Shown here: positions 12,855 to 22,718 of the stretch, piece by piece
Layout of the letters: every line of letters begins with the position of its first letter
How positions within the stretch are numbered: position 1 is the first letter of the stretch
DNA from: Candidatus Omnitrophota bacterium
Lineage (GTDB): Bacteria > Omnitrophota > Gorgyraeia > Gygaellales > Profunditerraquicolaceae
Reading direction: 5' to 3'
Assembly: GCA_026416665.1 (NCBI GenBank)
Contig: JAOAET010000057.1
Span: 1 to 62,979, forward strand
Length of the DNA stretch: 62,979 nucleotides
Position numbers and translations under genes: made by a program
Notes under the pieces: model-generated
Databases searched by the model: none
The model's input: only the letters and a program-made list of their open reading frames with translations
What the model was told of the DNA's origin: nothing

Positions 12855-13741
12855 AGGAACTTATTGATACATTTTTAAATTATCTTACTGTAGAAAGAGG
12901 TCTAGCAAAGAACACTATCCTTGCTTATGAAAGAGACCTAAAAGTTTATGCTGATTTTCTTAAAAACAACAGAACTTCTTCTTTTGACAGTGTAGAGAAA
13001 AAAGACGTAATTAATTTTATGATTAGCCAAAAAGACACTGGTTTGTCCGCTAATTCTATTGCCCGTAGATTAGCGGCGGTACGAATGTTTCATCGGTTTT
13101 TAGTTCGTGAACGTTTAAACAAAGATGACCCCACTGCGCTTATTGATTCTCCAAAATTATGGAAAAAAGTTCCACAGACACTTTCAGTAAACGAAGTAGA
13201 AACACTGCTTGCTCAACCAAATGTAAGGGATAAAAGGCAAGGGATGCGGGATAGAGCAATTTTGGAAACATTGTATGCTACTGGTATGCGTGTTTCAGAG
13301 TTAGTAAATTTAAAGATAGATAGTATAAACCTTACTGCAGGATTTGTACGCTGTGTAGGAAAAGGAAATAAAGAACGGGTTATACCACTGGGTAGTAAGG
13401 CAATTTCTAGTATAAAACGATACCTAGAATATTCACGACCAATTTTACTTAAAAAAAAAGATTCTGAGTTTTTGTTTGTTAATCGGTCAGGTAAGCGACT
13501 TTCCCGTCAGTCTGTTTGGAAGATAATTAAATACTATAGTCGCTGTGCGCATATAAAAAAGCCTATACGTCCACATATTTTAAGGCATTCTTTTGCTACA
13601 CACTTGTTAGAGCGCGGAGCGGATTTACGTTCTGTCCAAGAGATGCTTGGACACGCAAATATTTCTACTACCCAGATATACACCCATATAAATAAAGAGC
13701 GTCTAAAAGCAATACACCGACAATTTCATCCTCGACCATAG
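12851..13741 (+). CDS. xerD: Site-specific tyrosine recombinase XerD
   Basis: VERGLAKNT, YATGMRVSEL, GKGNKER, HILRHSFATHLL, QEMLGH, TTQIYTH. Confidence 0.93.
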   Translation: MKELIDTFLNYLTVERGLAKNTILAYERDLKVYADFLKNNRTSSFDSVEKKDVINFMISQKDTGLSANSIARRLAAVRMFHRFLVRERLNKDDPTALIDSPKLWKKVPQTLSVNEVETLLAQPNVRDKRQGMRDRAILETLYATGMRVSELVNLKIDSINLTAGFVRCVGKGNKERVIPLGSKAISSIKRYLEYSRPILLKKKDSEFLFVNRSGKRLSRQSVWKIIKYYSRCAHIKKPIRPHILRHSFATHLLERGADLRSVQEMLGHANISTTQIYTHINKERLKAIHRQFHPRP

Positions 13742-13742
13742 T

Positions 13743-15023
13743 ATGCAGCAATATTTAATTAAGCTTCCTTCAGAGACATTATCATTAATAGAAACCTGCC
13801 GAACCATTGCAGCTAAGATGAAAGTTCGGGCATATCTAGTAGGTGGTTTTGTGCGTGACTTAATAATGGGGTGTCCGAATTTGGATTTGGATATCACGGT
13901 TGAAGGGGATGGGATTGATTTTGCTCAAAATGTGGCAGAAAAACTAAACGCCCATGTTCTTGTCCATCGACGTTTTGGGACAGCAACTATCAGTATCGGC
14001 CATCACCATAAAATTGATATTGCCAGTGCTCGTAAAGAGATTTATCCTAAACCGGCAAGTTTACCAGAGGTTTCAAGTGGTACTCTGAAGGATGATTTAT
14101 ATCGTCGGGATTTCACGATAAATACTATGGCTATTAGTATAAATAGCGATGATTTTGGAAGACTTATTGATTTGTTTGGTGGTCAACAAGATTTAAAGAA
14201 AAACTATATTCGGATTCTTCATCCCGCAAGTTTTATTGATGACCCAACGAGAATTCTACGAGCTATACGTTTTGAACAACGCTATCAATTTCATTTAGAA
14301 CCCCATACATATAGATGTTTAGAAGAGGCAGTTAAAAAAGGTATGTTAGAAATTGTTCAGCCACACCGTTTGCGCGATGAACTTATTCTTATTTTAAAGG
14401 AAAAACAGCCACCTAAGTACATACACAGGATACATCGGTTATGTGGATTAAAGTTTATTCATCCCCACCTTAAATTTACACGCCACATACAAAGGTTATT
14501 GTTCTCTGCTGGAGAGTCATTAGAGTGGTTCGATAAGAATTTCCCAAAGCATCGGACAATTGAGCGTTGGTTGGTTTATCTTCTTTGTTTGGTGGATAGT
14601 TTAACCTTAGAAGAGGCAACTTTATTAGGAAAACGTTTTGCTTTTCGTTCTTCAGAGACTAATAAAATTTTAAGTTATCTTGCTAATCGAAACCAAGTAT
14701 TAAGGCGTCTTTCGTGTGTAACTATTCGGCCAAGCACAGTCTATCAGCTTTTACAGCCACTTGCCGATGAGGTAATTTTAGCATTACTTGCTAATAGAAA
14801 AGATAAAAACCTATTGCATCATATAGAATTGTTCTTTCGTCATTATAATAAGGTCAGTTTATCAATAAAAGGTAAGGATCTACACCAAATGGGTTTTACT
14901 CCTGGTCCGCAATATCAACATATTCTACGCTCAGTGCTACATGCAAAACTAGATGGGATTGTGAAAAACCACAAAGAAGAACGAGAATTTGTTCAACGCT
15001 TTAAATTAAAGAAGAAGTTATGA
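13743..15023 (+). CDS. Class II tRNA nucleotidyltransferase (CCA- or A-adding type)
   Basis: VGGFVRD..DLD, RRDFTIN, DDPTRILRAIRF; lacks the poly(A) polymerase GRRF motif. Confidence 0.85.
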   Translation: MQQYLIKLPSETLSLIETCRTIAAKMKVRAYLVGGFVRDLIMGCPNLDLDITVEGDGIDFAQNVAEKLNAHVLVHRRFGTATISIGHHHKIDIASARKEIYPKPASLPEVSSGTLKDDLYRRDFTINTMAISINSDDFGRLIDLFGGQQDLKKNYIRILHPASFIDDPTRILRAIRFEQRYQFHLEPHTYRCLEEAVKKGMLEIVQPHRLRDELILILKEKQPPKYIHRIHRLCGLKFIHPHLKFTRHIQRLLFSAGESLEWFDKNFPKHRTIERWLVYLLCLVDSLTLEEATLLGKRFAFRSSETNKILSYLANRNQVLRRLSCVTIRPSTVYQLLQPLADEVILALLANRKDKNLLHHIELFFRHYNKVSLSIKGKDLHQMGFTPGPQYQHILRSVLHAKLDGIVKNHKEEREFVQRFKLKKKL

Positions 15024-15301
15024 CTATTGGGATACTGCGGTGCTTTTTGTATCTACCTGACTCAGATTCTCTTAAGGCAAAGCGTATGATTCTTCATTCG
15101 CTAAAAGCAAAGCTGCGTAATAAATTTAATATTGCTATTGCCCAGGTTGACGACCAAGATAAATGGCAAAAGGCAACCGTTGCTTGTGTAGGAATAGAAC
15201 CAAACGGCGCATCGGTAAATGAGACTTTATCGGAAGTAGTAAATTATATGCAGGCATTTCCTGGGGTGCTGTTATTGGATTATGAGATAGAACTGTTGTA
15301 G
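15020..15301 (+). CDS. DUF503 (YlxP) family protein
   Basis: SLKAKR..KLRNKFNIAIA..DKWQ; usual position before rbfA. Confidence 0.88.
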   Translation: MTIGILRCFLYLPDSDSLKAKRMILHSLKAKLRNKFNIAIAQVDDQDKWQKATVACVGIEPNGASVNETLSEVVNYMQAFPGVLLLDYEIELL

Positions 15302-15316
15302 ATAAGAGGAGAAAGT

Positions 15317-15688
15317 ATGTCTAGGCAAGAAAAAGTTCAAGAGGAGATTAGAAAAGAAATAAGTGCGATTATCCAGCATGAGATTAATGACCCACGACTT
15401 GGTTTTGTTACTATTACGGGTGTAGAGGTATCCAAAGATTTACGATATGCCAAGATTTTTTATAGTGTTTTAGGGCAAGAGGCAGATGCAAAACGTACCA
15501 AAGAGGCGCTTGATTCTGCTATTGGTTTTATCCGCGCTACCTTAGCAGAGCGCATTCAATTAAGGTTTGCCTGTGAGATTGTCTTTAAGAGAGATGTTTC
15601 TATTCAGTACGGCCACCGGATTGAGGAGATTATTAATCAGATCAAGCAACAGGACGCTCAAAAAAAGGAAAAAGGAAATGAGTATTAA
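15317..15688 (+). CDS. rbfA: Ribosome-binding factor A
   Basis: DPRLGFVTITGVEVSKDLRYAKIF. Confidence 0.95.
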   Translation: MSRQEKVQEEIRKEISAIIQHEINDPRLGFVTITGVEVSKDLRYAKIFYSVLGQEADAKRTKEALDSAIGFIRATLAERIQLRFACEIVFKRDVSIQYGHRIEEIINQIKQQDAQKKEKGNEY

Positions 15689-16661
15689 AAAAGTAATAGA
15701 CGCTTTAAAACATTACAAAAGTTTTTTAATTACCACGCATACTAATATGGAGGGAGACGCCTTAGGTTCAGAACTTGCTTTATATTATCTTTTACAAAAT
15801 CTAAATAAAAAAGCAATGATTGTTGATGATGATGTTATACCATATGGCTATGACTTTTTGCCATTAATAGACCGCATTCAACGTTTTAGCTGCAAAAGAA
15901 AGATTGAACCTTTTGAGTGTCTGTGCGTGGTAGACTGTTCAGATATATCTCGGACAGGGCAGATTCAGAGTATTTTTTCCTCTACCAAAGAGATTATCAA
16001 TATAGATCATCATATCTCAAACTCTTGTTTTGGCACAATAAATTATGTGGATTCACAGGCTAGCTGTTGTTGTGAACTAATTTGGCGCATTTACAAAACA
16101 GCTAAGGTCAAATTGGATTATACATCAGCTATTTTATTGTATACAGGAATTCTTACTGACACAGGTTCTTTTCGCTACACCAACACTAATGAGAAAACAC
16201 ATAAGATTGTGGCTGAATTGCTTTCTTTTGGGATTAATCCAACGCAGGTATATCAACAGGTCTACGGTAGGATTCCTCTAGGTGATATGAAGATTCTCAT
16301 TAAAATTCTTCCTACTATGCGCACCTTTTATAATGGTAAACTTGTAACCTTTGAAATTCGCCGTTTAGTTTTTCCACACCATTATAAGGTTAGTGTAGAT
16401 TTAACAGAGTATGTGTTAAGTTTTGGCAGAGGGCTTCAGGGCGCTGAGGTGGTAGTGCTTTTTAAAGAAAATCTTTCTGAATCTTCACAGATACGAGTTA
16501 ATTTTCGTTCACAGGGACGGATTGATGTAAATCATATTGCACAATTTTTTGGTGGAGGAGGACATACTACTGCGTCTGGAGCAACCATTCTAGGAAGTTT
16601 ATCCAGCGTCAAAAAAAGGGTAATTAGGTATCTTGGGCGTTTTTTGAAAAAGGTAAATTAA
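15678..16661 (+). CDS. nrnA: DHH/DHHA1 nanoRNase / pAp phosphatase
   Basis: GDALGS, VVDC, IDHH, TDTGSF, GGGGH. Likely start ATG 15678 after AGGA. Confidence 0.9.
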   Translation: MSIKKVIDALKHYKSFLITTHTNMEGDALGSELALYYLLQNLNKKAMIVDDDVIPYGYDFLPLIDRIQRFSCKRKIEPFECLCVVDCSDISRTGQIQSIFSSTKEIINIDHHISNSCFGTINYVDSQASCCCELIWRIYKTAKVKLDYTSAILLYTGILTDTGSFRYTNTNEKTHKIVAELLSFGINPTQVYQQVYGRIPLGDMKILIKILPTMRTFYNGKLVTFEIRRLVFPHHYKVSVDLTEYVLSFGRGLQGAEVVVLFKENLSESSQIRVNFRSQGRIDVNHIAQFFGGGGHTTASGATILGSLSSVKKRVIRYLGRFLKKVN

Positions 16662-16679
16662 GATTTATTTTTGAAGACA

Positions 16680-17630
16680 ATGCAAGTATTTTACGATCCC
16701 GAAAAAGTTCGTCTGTTCTCAAGACCTATCGTTGCCATAGGGATGTTTGACGGTGTTCATATAGGTCATCAACAAATAATTAAACAAGTAGTAAAGAAAG
16801 CAAAGGAAGATAAAGCTACCAGTGTAGTTCTAACTTTTTGGCCACATCCTAGAAAAAAACAGAATATACTTTCTTTAAAAAAACGCCTAGAATTATTTCG
16901 CCAATTGGGAATAGAAGTTACCGTAGTGATCCGTTTTGATGAACGTTTTAAAAAACTTACAGCAAAAGAATTTGTGGAAAAGATTTTGTATAAAAAAATG
17001 GCTACCTCTCAGGTGTATGTGGGAGAAAATTTTCGTTTTGGGTATAAAATGCACGCGAATATCCAGACATTAAAAAATTTAGCTAATCCTTTAGGTATAC
17101 AGGTAAAAATTGTTAAACTGCATAAGTATAAGGGTAAACCCGTTTCAAGTAGCCTGATAAGAAAACTTATTATTACTGGTAAGATAAAAACGGCTAATCG
17201 GTTGTTAGGTAGAACTTTTACTATTTCGGGAACAGTAGTGCACGCCAAAGGATTAGCAAGAAAGTGGAAGATCCCTACCGCCAATATATCAACCCAACAG
17301 GAGTGTTTACCACCTTATGGTGTTTATGCTTCACGTGTTTTTATAAAAGATAAACATTATTTGGGTGCTTGTTATATCGGCCGACAACCTAATTTTATCC
17401 AAAACACAAGTTTTGAAAAAGAAAAAAAGATTACTATAGAGGTGCATATCTTTGATTTTTCAAAACAAATTTACGGCAAGCAAATAGAAGTAGAATGCGT
17501 AAAGAAAATTCGTAACCCTAAGTCATTTAGAAATGAAGAATCGTTAATAAGACAGATTAAAGAAGATATTAAAAAGATTAAAAAATATTTTTCCCACCTA
17601 TCTGCCACAAGATATAGCCTAATCGGCTAA
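16680..17630 (+). CDS. ribF: Bifunctional riboflavin kinase / FAD synthetase
   Basis: GMFDGVHIGH, GENFRFG, VSSSLIR, PTAN, IEVHIFDF; alternative TTG start at 16671. Confidence 0.92.
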   Translation: MQVFYDPEKVRLFSRPIVAIGMFDGVHIGHQQIIKQVVKKAKEDKATSVVLTFWPHPRKKQNILSLKKRLELFRQLGIEVTVVIRFDERFKKLTAKEFVEKILYKKMATSQVYVGENFRFGYKMHANIQTLKNLANPLGIQVKIVKLHKYKGKPVSSSLIRKLIITGKIKTANRLLGRTFTISGTVVHAKGLARKWKIPTANISTQQECLPPYGVYASRVFIKDKHYLGACYIGRQPNFIQNTSFEKEKKITIEVHIFDFSKQIYGKQIEVECVKKIRNPKSFRNEESLIRQIKEDIKKIKKYFSHLSATRYSLIG

Positions 17631-17676
17631 TTAACTACTACCAATTGGGGTATAAAAATTTGAGTGAATTTTTATC

Positions 17677-17705
17677 TTGACAGAAAAAGCTATTTTTTCT
17701 ATACT
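17677..17705 (+). promoter_or_regulatory. dcw cluster promoter
   Basis: TTGACA-17-TATACT upstream of mraZ. Confidence 0.85.
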
Positions 17706-17740
17706 GTGGTTACAAAGTGGTTTAAAGTGGTTAATAGTGG
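17706..17740 (+). promoter_or_regulatory. MraZ operator: four GTGG direct repeats
   Basis: GTGG at 17706, 17717, 17727 and 17737 (10-11 bp period), between the -10 and the mraZ ATG. Confidence 0.88.
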
Positions 17741-17749
17741 AGTAAAGAA

Positions 17750-18190
17750 ATGTTTTATGGTGAATTTATTCATTCGATAGACCGTAAAGGCAGGTTGATT
17801 TTACCTTCTAAATTTAGGGAGGTGGCTAAGGCAAATTTTATTGAAAAATTTTTTGTTACGCGCGGTCTTGATCAATGCCTTTTTATGTTTGGTGAAGAAG
17901 AATGGAAAAATCAGGAAATGAAATTAAAAACTTTATCTTTTACTCGTCAGGAAGCAAGGATTTTTAATAGATTATATTTTTCTGGTGCAGTAGAAGTAGT
18001 GCCAGATAAACAGGGTAGAATCTTGTTGCCTCAGTTCCTTAAAGAATATGGTGAGATTAAAAGAGATGTAGTTGTTGTAGGTGTCTCCAATAGAATAGAA
18101 ATCTGGGCTTTAGAAAAGTGGCAAGATTACTACAAAAACTGGCGACCATCATTTGAAGAAATCTCTGAGAAGTTAATGGAAACTTCCTAA
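17750..18190 (+). CDS. mraZ: dcw transcriptional repressor MraZ
   Basis: Two DxxGR motifs (DRKGR, DKQGR), RIEIW. Confidence 0.96.
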   Translation: MFYGEFIHSIDRKGRLILPSKFREVAKANFIEKFFVTRGLDQCLFMFGEEEWKNQEMKLKTLSFTRQEARIFNRLYFSGAVEVVPDKQGRILLPQFLKEYGEIKRDVVVVGVSNRIEIWALEKWQDYYKNWRPSFEEISEKLMETS

Positions 18191-18200
18191 GAAGAGGGCT

Positions 18201-19100
18201 ATGGTAAACTTAACAGCCCATCATGCGCCAGTCATGCTCTCTGAAGTTTTAGAATATTTAGCGCCTAAACCGGGAGAGGTAATTGTAGATGCCACACTAG
18301 GTTTAGGAGGTCATAGCCAAGCAGTATTAGAAAGGCTATCCGGTAAAGGTCGCTTAATAGGTATAGACCGTGATGCGGATTCTTTACAACTTGCACAGCA
18401 GTTTCTACAAGATAAGATAGTTGAACTGGTACAAGCAAACTTCGCAGAACTTGACTTGGTGCTAAAACGGGCAAATCTTATGAATATAGATGGAATACTT
18501 TTTGATTTAGGGGTGTCCTCATTTCAGCTGGATAACCCACAGCGAGGATTTAGTTTTAAATTAGATGGGCCGTTAGACATGAGATTTGACCAAACCAGTT
18601 TTATTAATGCCTTTGATTTGGTGAATACTTTAAGTAGACAACAACTGGAGCATCTTTTACGCTCTTTTGGGCAAGAGCGTTTCAGTCGACGGATTGCGCA
18701 AAGGATAGTAGAGACCCGACAACAGTTTCCCATAACTACTACGAAACAGTTAGCAGATATTGTAGTCTCGGCAATTCCGTTAGCAATACGAAACCGCAGT
18801 TGGAGGATTCATCCTGCAACCAGAACCTTTCAGGCATTGCGAATTGCAGTAAATCGTGAATTAGAGGCATTGGACACAGCGTTAGATAAAGCGATTAATT
18901 ATTTAAATAAAGGTGGACGCATAGTAGTAATCTCTTTTCATTCATTAGAGGACCGAATTGTAAAGTGGATGTTCAAGAAAAAACAACAAGAAAGATTATT
19001 AGATATTCTTACACCAAAACCTATAACTGCTAAACAGTCTGAGATAGAACATAATCCGCGTGCCCGTAGTGCAAAACTGCGTGCAGCAAGAAAAAGGTAA
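18201..19100 (+). CDS. rsmH: 16S rRNA m4C1402 methyltransferase
   Basis: H.PVML, DATLGLGGHS, DLGVSS, PLDMR, FHSLEDR, NPRARSAKLR. Confidence 0.96.
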   Translation: MVNLTAHHAPVMLSEVLEYLAPKPGEVIVDATLGLGGHSQAVLERLSGKGRLIGIDRDADSLQLAQQFLQDKIVELVQANFAELDLVLKRANLMNIDGILFDLGVSSFQLDNPQRGFSFKLDGPLDMRFDQTSFINAFDLVNTLSRQQLEHLLRSFGQERFSRRIAQRIVETRQQFPITTTKQLADIVVSAIPLAIRNRSWRIHPATRTFQALRIAVNRELEALDTALDKAINYLNKGGRIVVISFHSLEDRIVKWMFKKKQQERLLDILTPKPITAKQSEIEHNPRARSAKLRAARKR

Positions 19101-19104
19101 TAAT

Positions 19105-19500
19105 ATGAGTATAAGACTTTCTCAATTTTTTAAAGTGGTTACTTTACTAACAACTGTTGCAGTTTTATACGTATGGCAGCAGACTGAGATTATAAAGTTG
19201 GCTTACGATAATCACAAGAATACGAATCGTTTCCAGGAATTACTTGATGAAAACTCTTGGTTGCGCTATAATCTGAAAAAGAATGCTTCGGTGGTTTCGT
19301 TAGGAAATAAAGGATTTGCACAAGAGGATTTTTCTATGCCTTCAAGTTACTGTGTGGTTACGGTAAATGGCAAGAGAACCGAAGCCTCTTTATACGGTAA
19401 ACGTCTTAAAAATAAAACGTTGTTTGCGGGTTTACTTAATCTAGGAAAAGAAGCCCAGGCAAAGACAATACATTCTCTTTTTACCTTTAAGAGCGAGTAA
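19105..19500 (+). CDS. ftsL: Putative FtsL-like bitopic coiled-coil protein
   Basis: One TM segment plus a leucine heptad region; lies between rsmH and ftsI; start taken at ATG 19105. Confidence 0.6.
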   Translation: MSIRLSQFFKVVTLLTTVAVLYVWQQTEIIKLAYDNHKNTNRFQELLDENSWLRYNLKKNASVVSLGNKGFAQEDFSMPSSYCVVTVNGKRTEASLYGKRLKNKTLFAGLLNLGKEAQAKTIHSLFTFKSE

Positions 19501-19527
19501 TACTCGCACCTGTTGAGGTTTTGTCGT

Positions 19528-21234
19528 GTGTATATAGCTAATTATCACCGCAGGTTACAGGCGGTTTTTCTTATCTTTTTATTACAGTTTACAATTGTTT
19601 TTGCCCGCCTTTTTTACATTCATCTATTCCGAGGTCAATATTTATCGAATTTGGCAAAAAAACAACACAGTCTGTATATAGAACTTGAACCACGCCGTGG
19701 AACAATATACGATACAAATTTTCGTCCCCAGGCAGTTAATCTTGCCTGTGATTCTGTTTATGCTGTCCCACGTAAACTTACAGCAAATGAAAAACAGAAA
19801 GTTATTGAGGCATTAAAAGAGGTTTTAAATCTAAAACATTCTTTTTTAGAGCAGCGGTTAAGTAAAGATAAAGCATTCGTCTGGATTGCACGCAAAATTT
19901 CTAATGAGCAAAGTCAACTCTTAAGGAAAATGAATCTAAAAGGTATAGGTTTTATAAAAGAGAGTAAGCGCTGTTATCCAAATAGCTATTTAGCCAGCCA
20001 AGTGATTGGTTTTGCTGATATTGATAACAAAGGATTAGAAGGAATTGAGCTTTCCTTTGATCATTACCTACGCGGTCAACCTGGTTGGGTATTGTCTCTG
20101 CGTGATGCACGACATAATAAACTAGATTTATACAGCCGTATGGTTGAGCCCGTTGATGGAGCAGATTTGGTTTTAACTATTGATGAGGTTATTCAGTATA
20201 TTGCCGAGAGTAGTCTGGATAAGGTGTACAGGAATTCGTCTGCTAAAGGAGCTACTATTATTGTAATGGAACCTTTTTCTGGTGCTATTCTTGCAATGGC
20301 TAATCGTCCGACGTTTGACCTTAATCATCCTCAGCAGGCGAGCAAAGACCAAATACGTAACCGTGCTATTTGTGATATGTTTGAGCCTGGTTCAGTTTTT
20401 AAAATAGTCACTGCCTGTGCAGCTATGGAAGAAAAAAAAGTAGAAGAACAAACTAAGTTTTTTTGTGAAAATGGAGAATATCGGGTAGCTAATCATACCT
20501 TACATGACCACCGTCCCCATGGTTGGTTGACATTTCGTGAGGTTATTGAACAGTCTTCAAATATTGGAACCTGTAAAGTTGCCCAGATGCTTGGAACATC
20601 GACACTCTATCGATATATTAAATTGTTCGGTTTCGGGAGTCGAACAGGTATTGAGTTACCAGGAGAAGTAGCAGGTAAAATTAGAGATATCCGTAACTGG
20701 TCAAAGACATCTATTGCGGCTGTACCTATGGGACAAGAAGTAGGGGTAACTGCTCTACAGCTTGCTGTGGCAATGTCAGTAATTGCCAATGGTGGAACAT
20801 TGCTAAAACCTTATATTGTTCGGCAGATTCGTGATTCCAAAGGGAAGGTAATTGAGTCATTTGGACCACAGGTTATTAACCCACAGGTTATCGCAAGTGA
20901 AACCTGTGCCCGTATACGTAATATTTTAATTGGAGTAGTAGAAAATGGGACTGGGAAGCTTGCGAAAATGGATGAATATACTGCCGCAGGTAAAACGGGT
21001 ACAGCGCAAAAGTTAGAGCCCAATGGAACTTATTCCCATAATAAATTTATAGCATCGTTTATTGGTTTTGCTCCTGCAGAAAATCCCGAAGTAGTAATTG
21101 TTGTCGTTGTAGATGAACCTAGAGGAAATTATTATGGAGGCACAGTCGCTGCCCCTGTGTTTAAGGAAGTAGCTTCTGCAACGATTCGGTACCTTAGGGC
21201 ACAACAGAAGAATACTTTAGTTGCTTTACCATGA
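19528..21234 (+). CDS. ftsI: Class B penicillin-binding protein (PBP3/FtsI)
   Basis: RGTIYD, EPGSVFK (SxxK), SSN, KTGTAQ. GTG 19528 likely; alternative 19513. Confidence 0.9.
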   Translation: MYIANYHRRLQAVFLIFLLQFTIVFARLFYIHLFRGQYLSNLAKKQHSLYIELEPRRGTIYDTNFRPQAVNLACDSVYAVPRKLTANEKQKVIEALKEVLNLKHSFLEQRLSKDKAFVWIARKISNEQSQLLRKMNLKGIGFIKESKRCYPNSYLASQVIGFADIDNKGLEGIELSFDHYLRGQPGWVLSLRDARHNKLDLYSRMVEPVDGADLVLTIDEVIQYIAESSLDKVYRNSSAKGATIIVMEPFSGAILAMANRPTFDLNHPQQASKDQIRNRAICDMFEPGSVFKIVTACAAMEEKKVEEQTKFFCENGEYRVANHTLHDHRPHGWLTFREVIEQSSNIGTCKVAQMLGTSTLYRYIKLFGFGSRTGIELPGEVAGKIRDIRNWSKTSIAAVPMGQEVGVTALQLAVAMSVIANGGTLLKPYIVRQIRDSKGKVIESFGPQVINPQVIASETCARIRNILIGVVENGTGKLAKMDEYTAAGKTGTAQKLEPNGTYSHNKFIASFIGFAPAENPEVVIVVVVDEPRGNYYGGTVAAPVFKEVASATIRYLRAQQKNTLVALP

Positions 21235-22718
21235 AGTGGTCAGAATTAAGCCAGGTAATTAATTATCCTTTAGAAAAGGCAAGAGATAACGATTTTCAGG
21301 TATCTGGTGTTTTCTGTAATTCTAAAGAAGTTATACCCAACGGAATATTTGTAGCTGTCCAAGGAAACAAAGAAGACGGAGCAAAATATATTGAAGAGGC
21401 ATTAAGATATGGGGCTAAGGTTATTTTGACGCGAAAAAGATCCACACCATTATTGGGCGATAAATCAGTAATATGGATTGAGACCGAGGATGAACGCGTT
21501 GCCCTAGCTAGATTAGCTTGTGCCTTTTACGGCTATCCGGCCAATAAATTAGAAGTCATTGGAGTCACCGGGACAAATGGTAAGACCACAGTTACTTATC
21601 TTATGGAAGCGGTTTTAAAAGCTATAGGACAAAAATGTGGAGTAATAGGAACAGTTAATTATCGTTTTGGTCAGATAAGCTTAACCTCCACAAATACAAC
21701 CCCTGGACCGCTTCAACTACAAGAAATTTTAGCGAAAATGGTAGATTCTTCTGTCAAATATTGTGTAATGGAGGTTTCCAGCCATGCCCTTGCTCAGAAG
21801 CGCGTTGAAGGAATAGATTTCAAATCAGCTATCTTTACTAATCTTTCACATGAACATCTAGATTATCATAAAAGTATAGAAGAATACTTTAATGCAAAAG
21901 CACAATTATTTGTGAATTTATCAACAGAGGCTTTTGCAATCATAAACAATGATGATAGTTTTGGACAACGATTAACAAGAATGACTAAAGCAAAAATCAT
22001 TCGTTATGGAATAGACAATGATGCAGAAGTGCGCGCTTCTGATATTCAACTTGGTGTAAAGAAAACAGAATTTACGGTAGAATTCTTTGGGCAGAAGAAG
22101 CGTTTTTTCACTTGCCTTATTGGGAAGCACAATATTTATAATATCCTTGCGGTTTATTCGTGGTTAATTGCTAAGGGTTTATCGATTAAGGTCATGGATG
22201 AAGTATTAACAAATTTTCAATTTGTTCCCGGTAGACTTCAACCTGTTTCTGATAAAGAACCATTTGCAGTATTTGTTGATTATGCACATACCGATGCCGC
22301 CTTAGAAGCAGTATTGAATTCTTTACGTAAGCTAACCAAAGGACGACTGATTGTAGTTTTTGGTTGTGGTGGAGACAGGGATAAAACAAAACGGCCTAAA
22401 ATGGGAAGGGTAGCTACTGAAATAGCCGATAAGGTAATTATTACTACTGATAATCCGCGCAGCGAAGATCCTCAGGAGATAATCAATGATATCTTAAAAG
22501 GTATTACCAGTAATAATTTTTCAGTAATTATTGATCGCCAGCAGGCAATAGCTAAAGCCATTGAGATAGCCCAAGAAAAAGACGTCATACTTATTGCGGG
22601 TAAAGGGCATGAAAATTACCAAATATACAAAGACAAAATTATTCCTTTTAATGACTGTGAGGTAGCCAAAAGATGTTTACTATCACGGAATTGCTTATTG
22701 CAACCACAGGGAAATTAA
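21231..22718 (+). CDS. murE: UDP-MurNAc-Ala-Glu--meso-DAP ligase
   Basis: TGTNGKTT, MEVSSH, DYAHT, DNPR (DAP-type), AGKGHE. Confidence 0.95.
   Translation: MKWSELSQVINYPLEKARDNDFQVSGVFCNSKEVIPNGIFVAVQGNKEDGAKYIEEALRYGAKVILTRKRSTPLLGDKSVIWIETEDERVALARLACAFYGYPANKLEVIGVTGTNGKTTVTYLMEAVLKAIGQKCGVIGTVNYRFGQISLTSTNTTPGPLQLQEILAKMVDSSVKYCVMEVSSHALAQKRVEGIDFKSAIFTNLSHEHLDYHKSIEEYFNAKAQLFVNLSTEAFAIINNDDSFGQRLTRMTKAKIIRYGIDNDAEVRASDIQLGVKKTEFTVEFFGQKKRFFTCLIGKHNIYNILAVYSWLIAKGLSIKVMDEVLTNFQFVPGRLQPVSDKEPFAVFVDYAHTDAALEAVLNSLRKLTKGRLIVVFGCGGDRDKTKRPKMGRVATEIADKVIITTDNPRSEDPQEIINDILKGITSNNFSVIIDRQQAIAKAIEIAQEKDVILIAGKGHENYQIYKDKIIPFNDCEVAKRCLLSRNCLLQPQGN

Noticed and set aside
12851-13741. Tyrosine recombinase as a possible integrase near tRNA-Pro
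   Set aside because: Housekeeping XerD features, operon-embedded; I saw no att duplication or cargo genes.
17706-17740. 10-bp periodic repeats as iterons or a mini-CRISPR
   Set aside because: Explained by the known MraZ operator.
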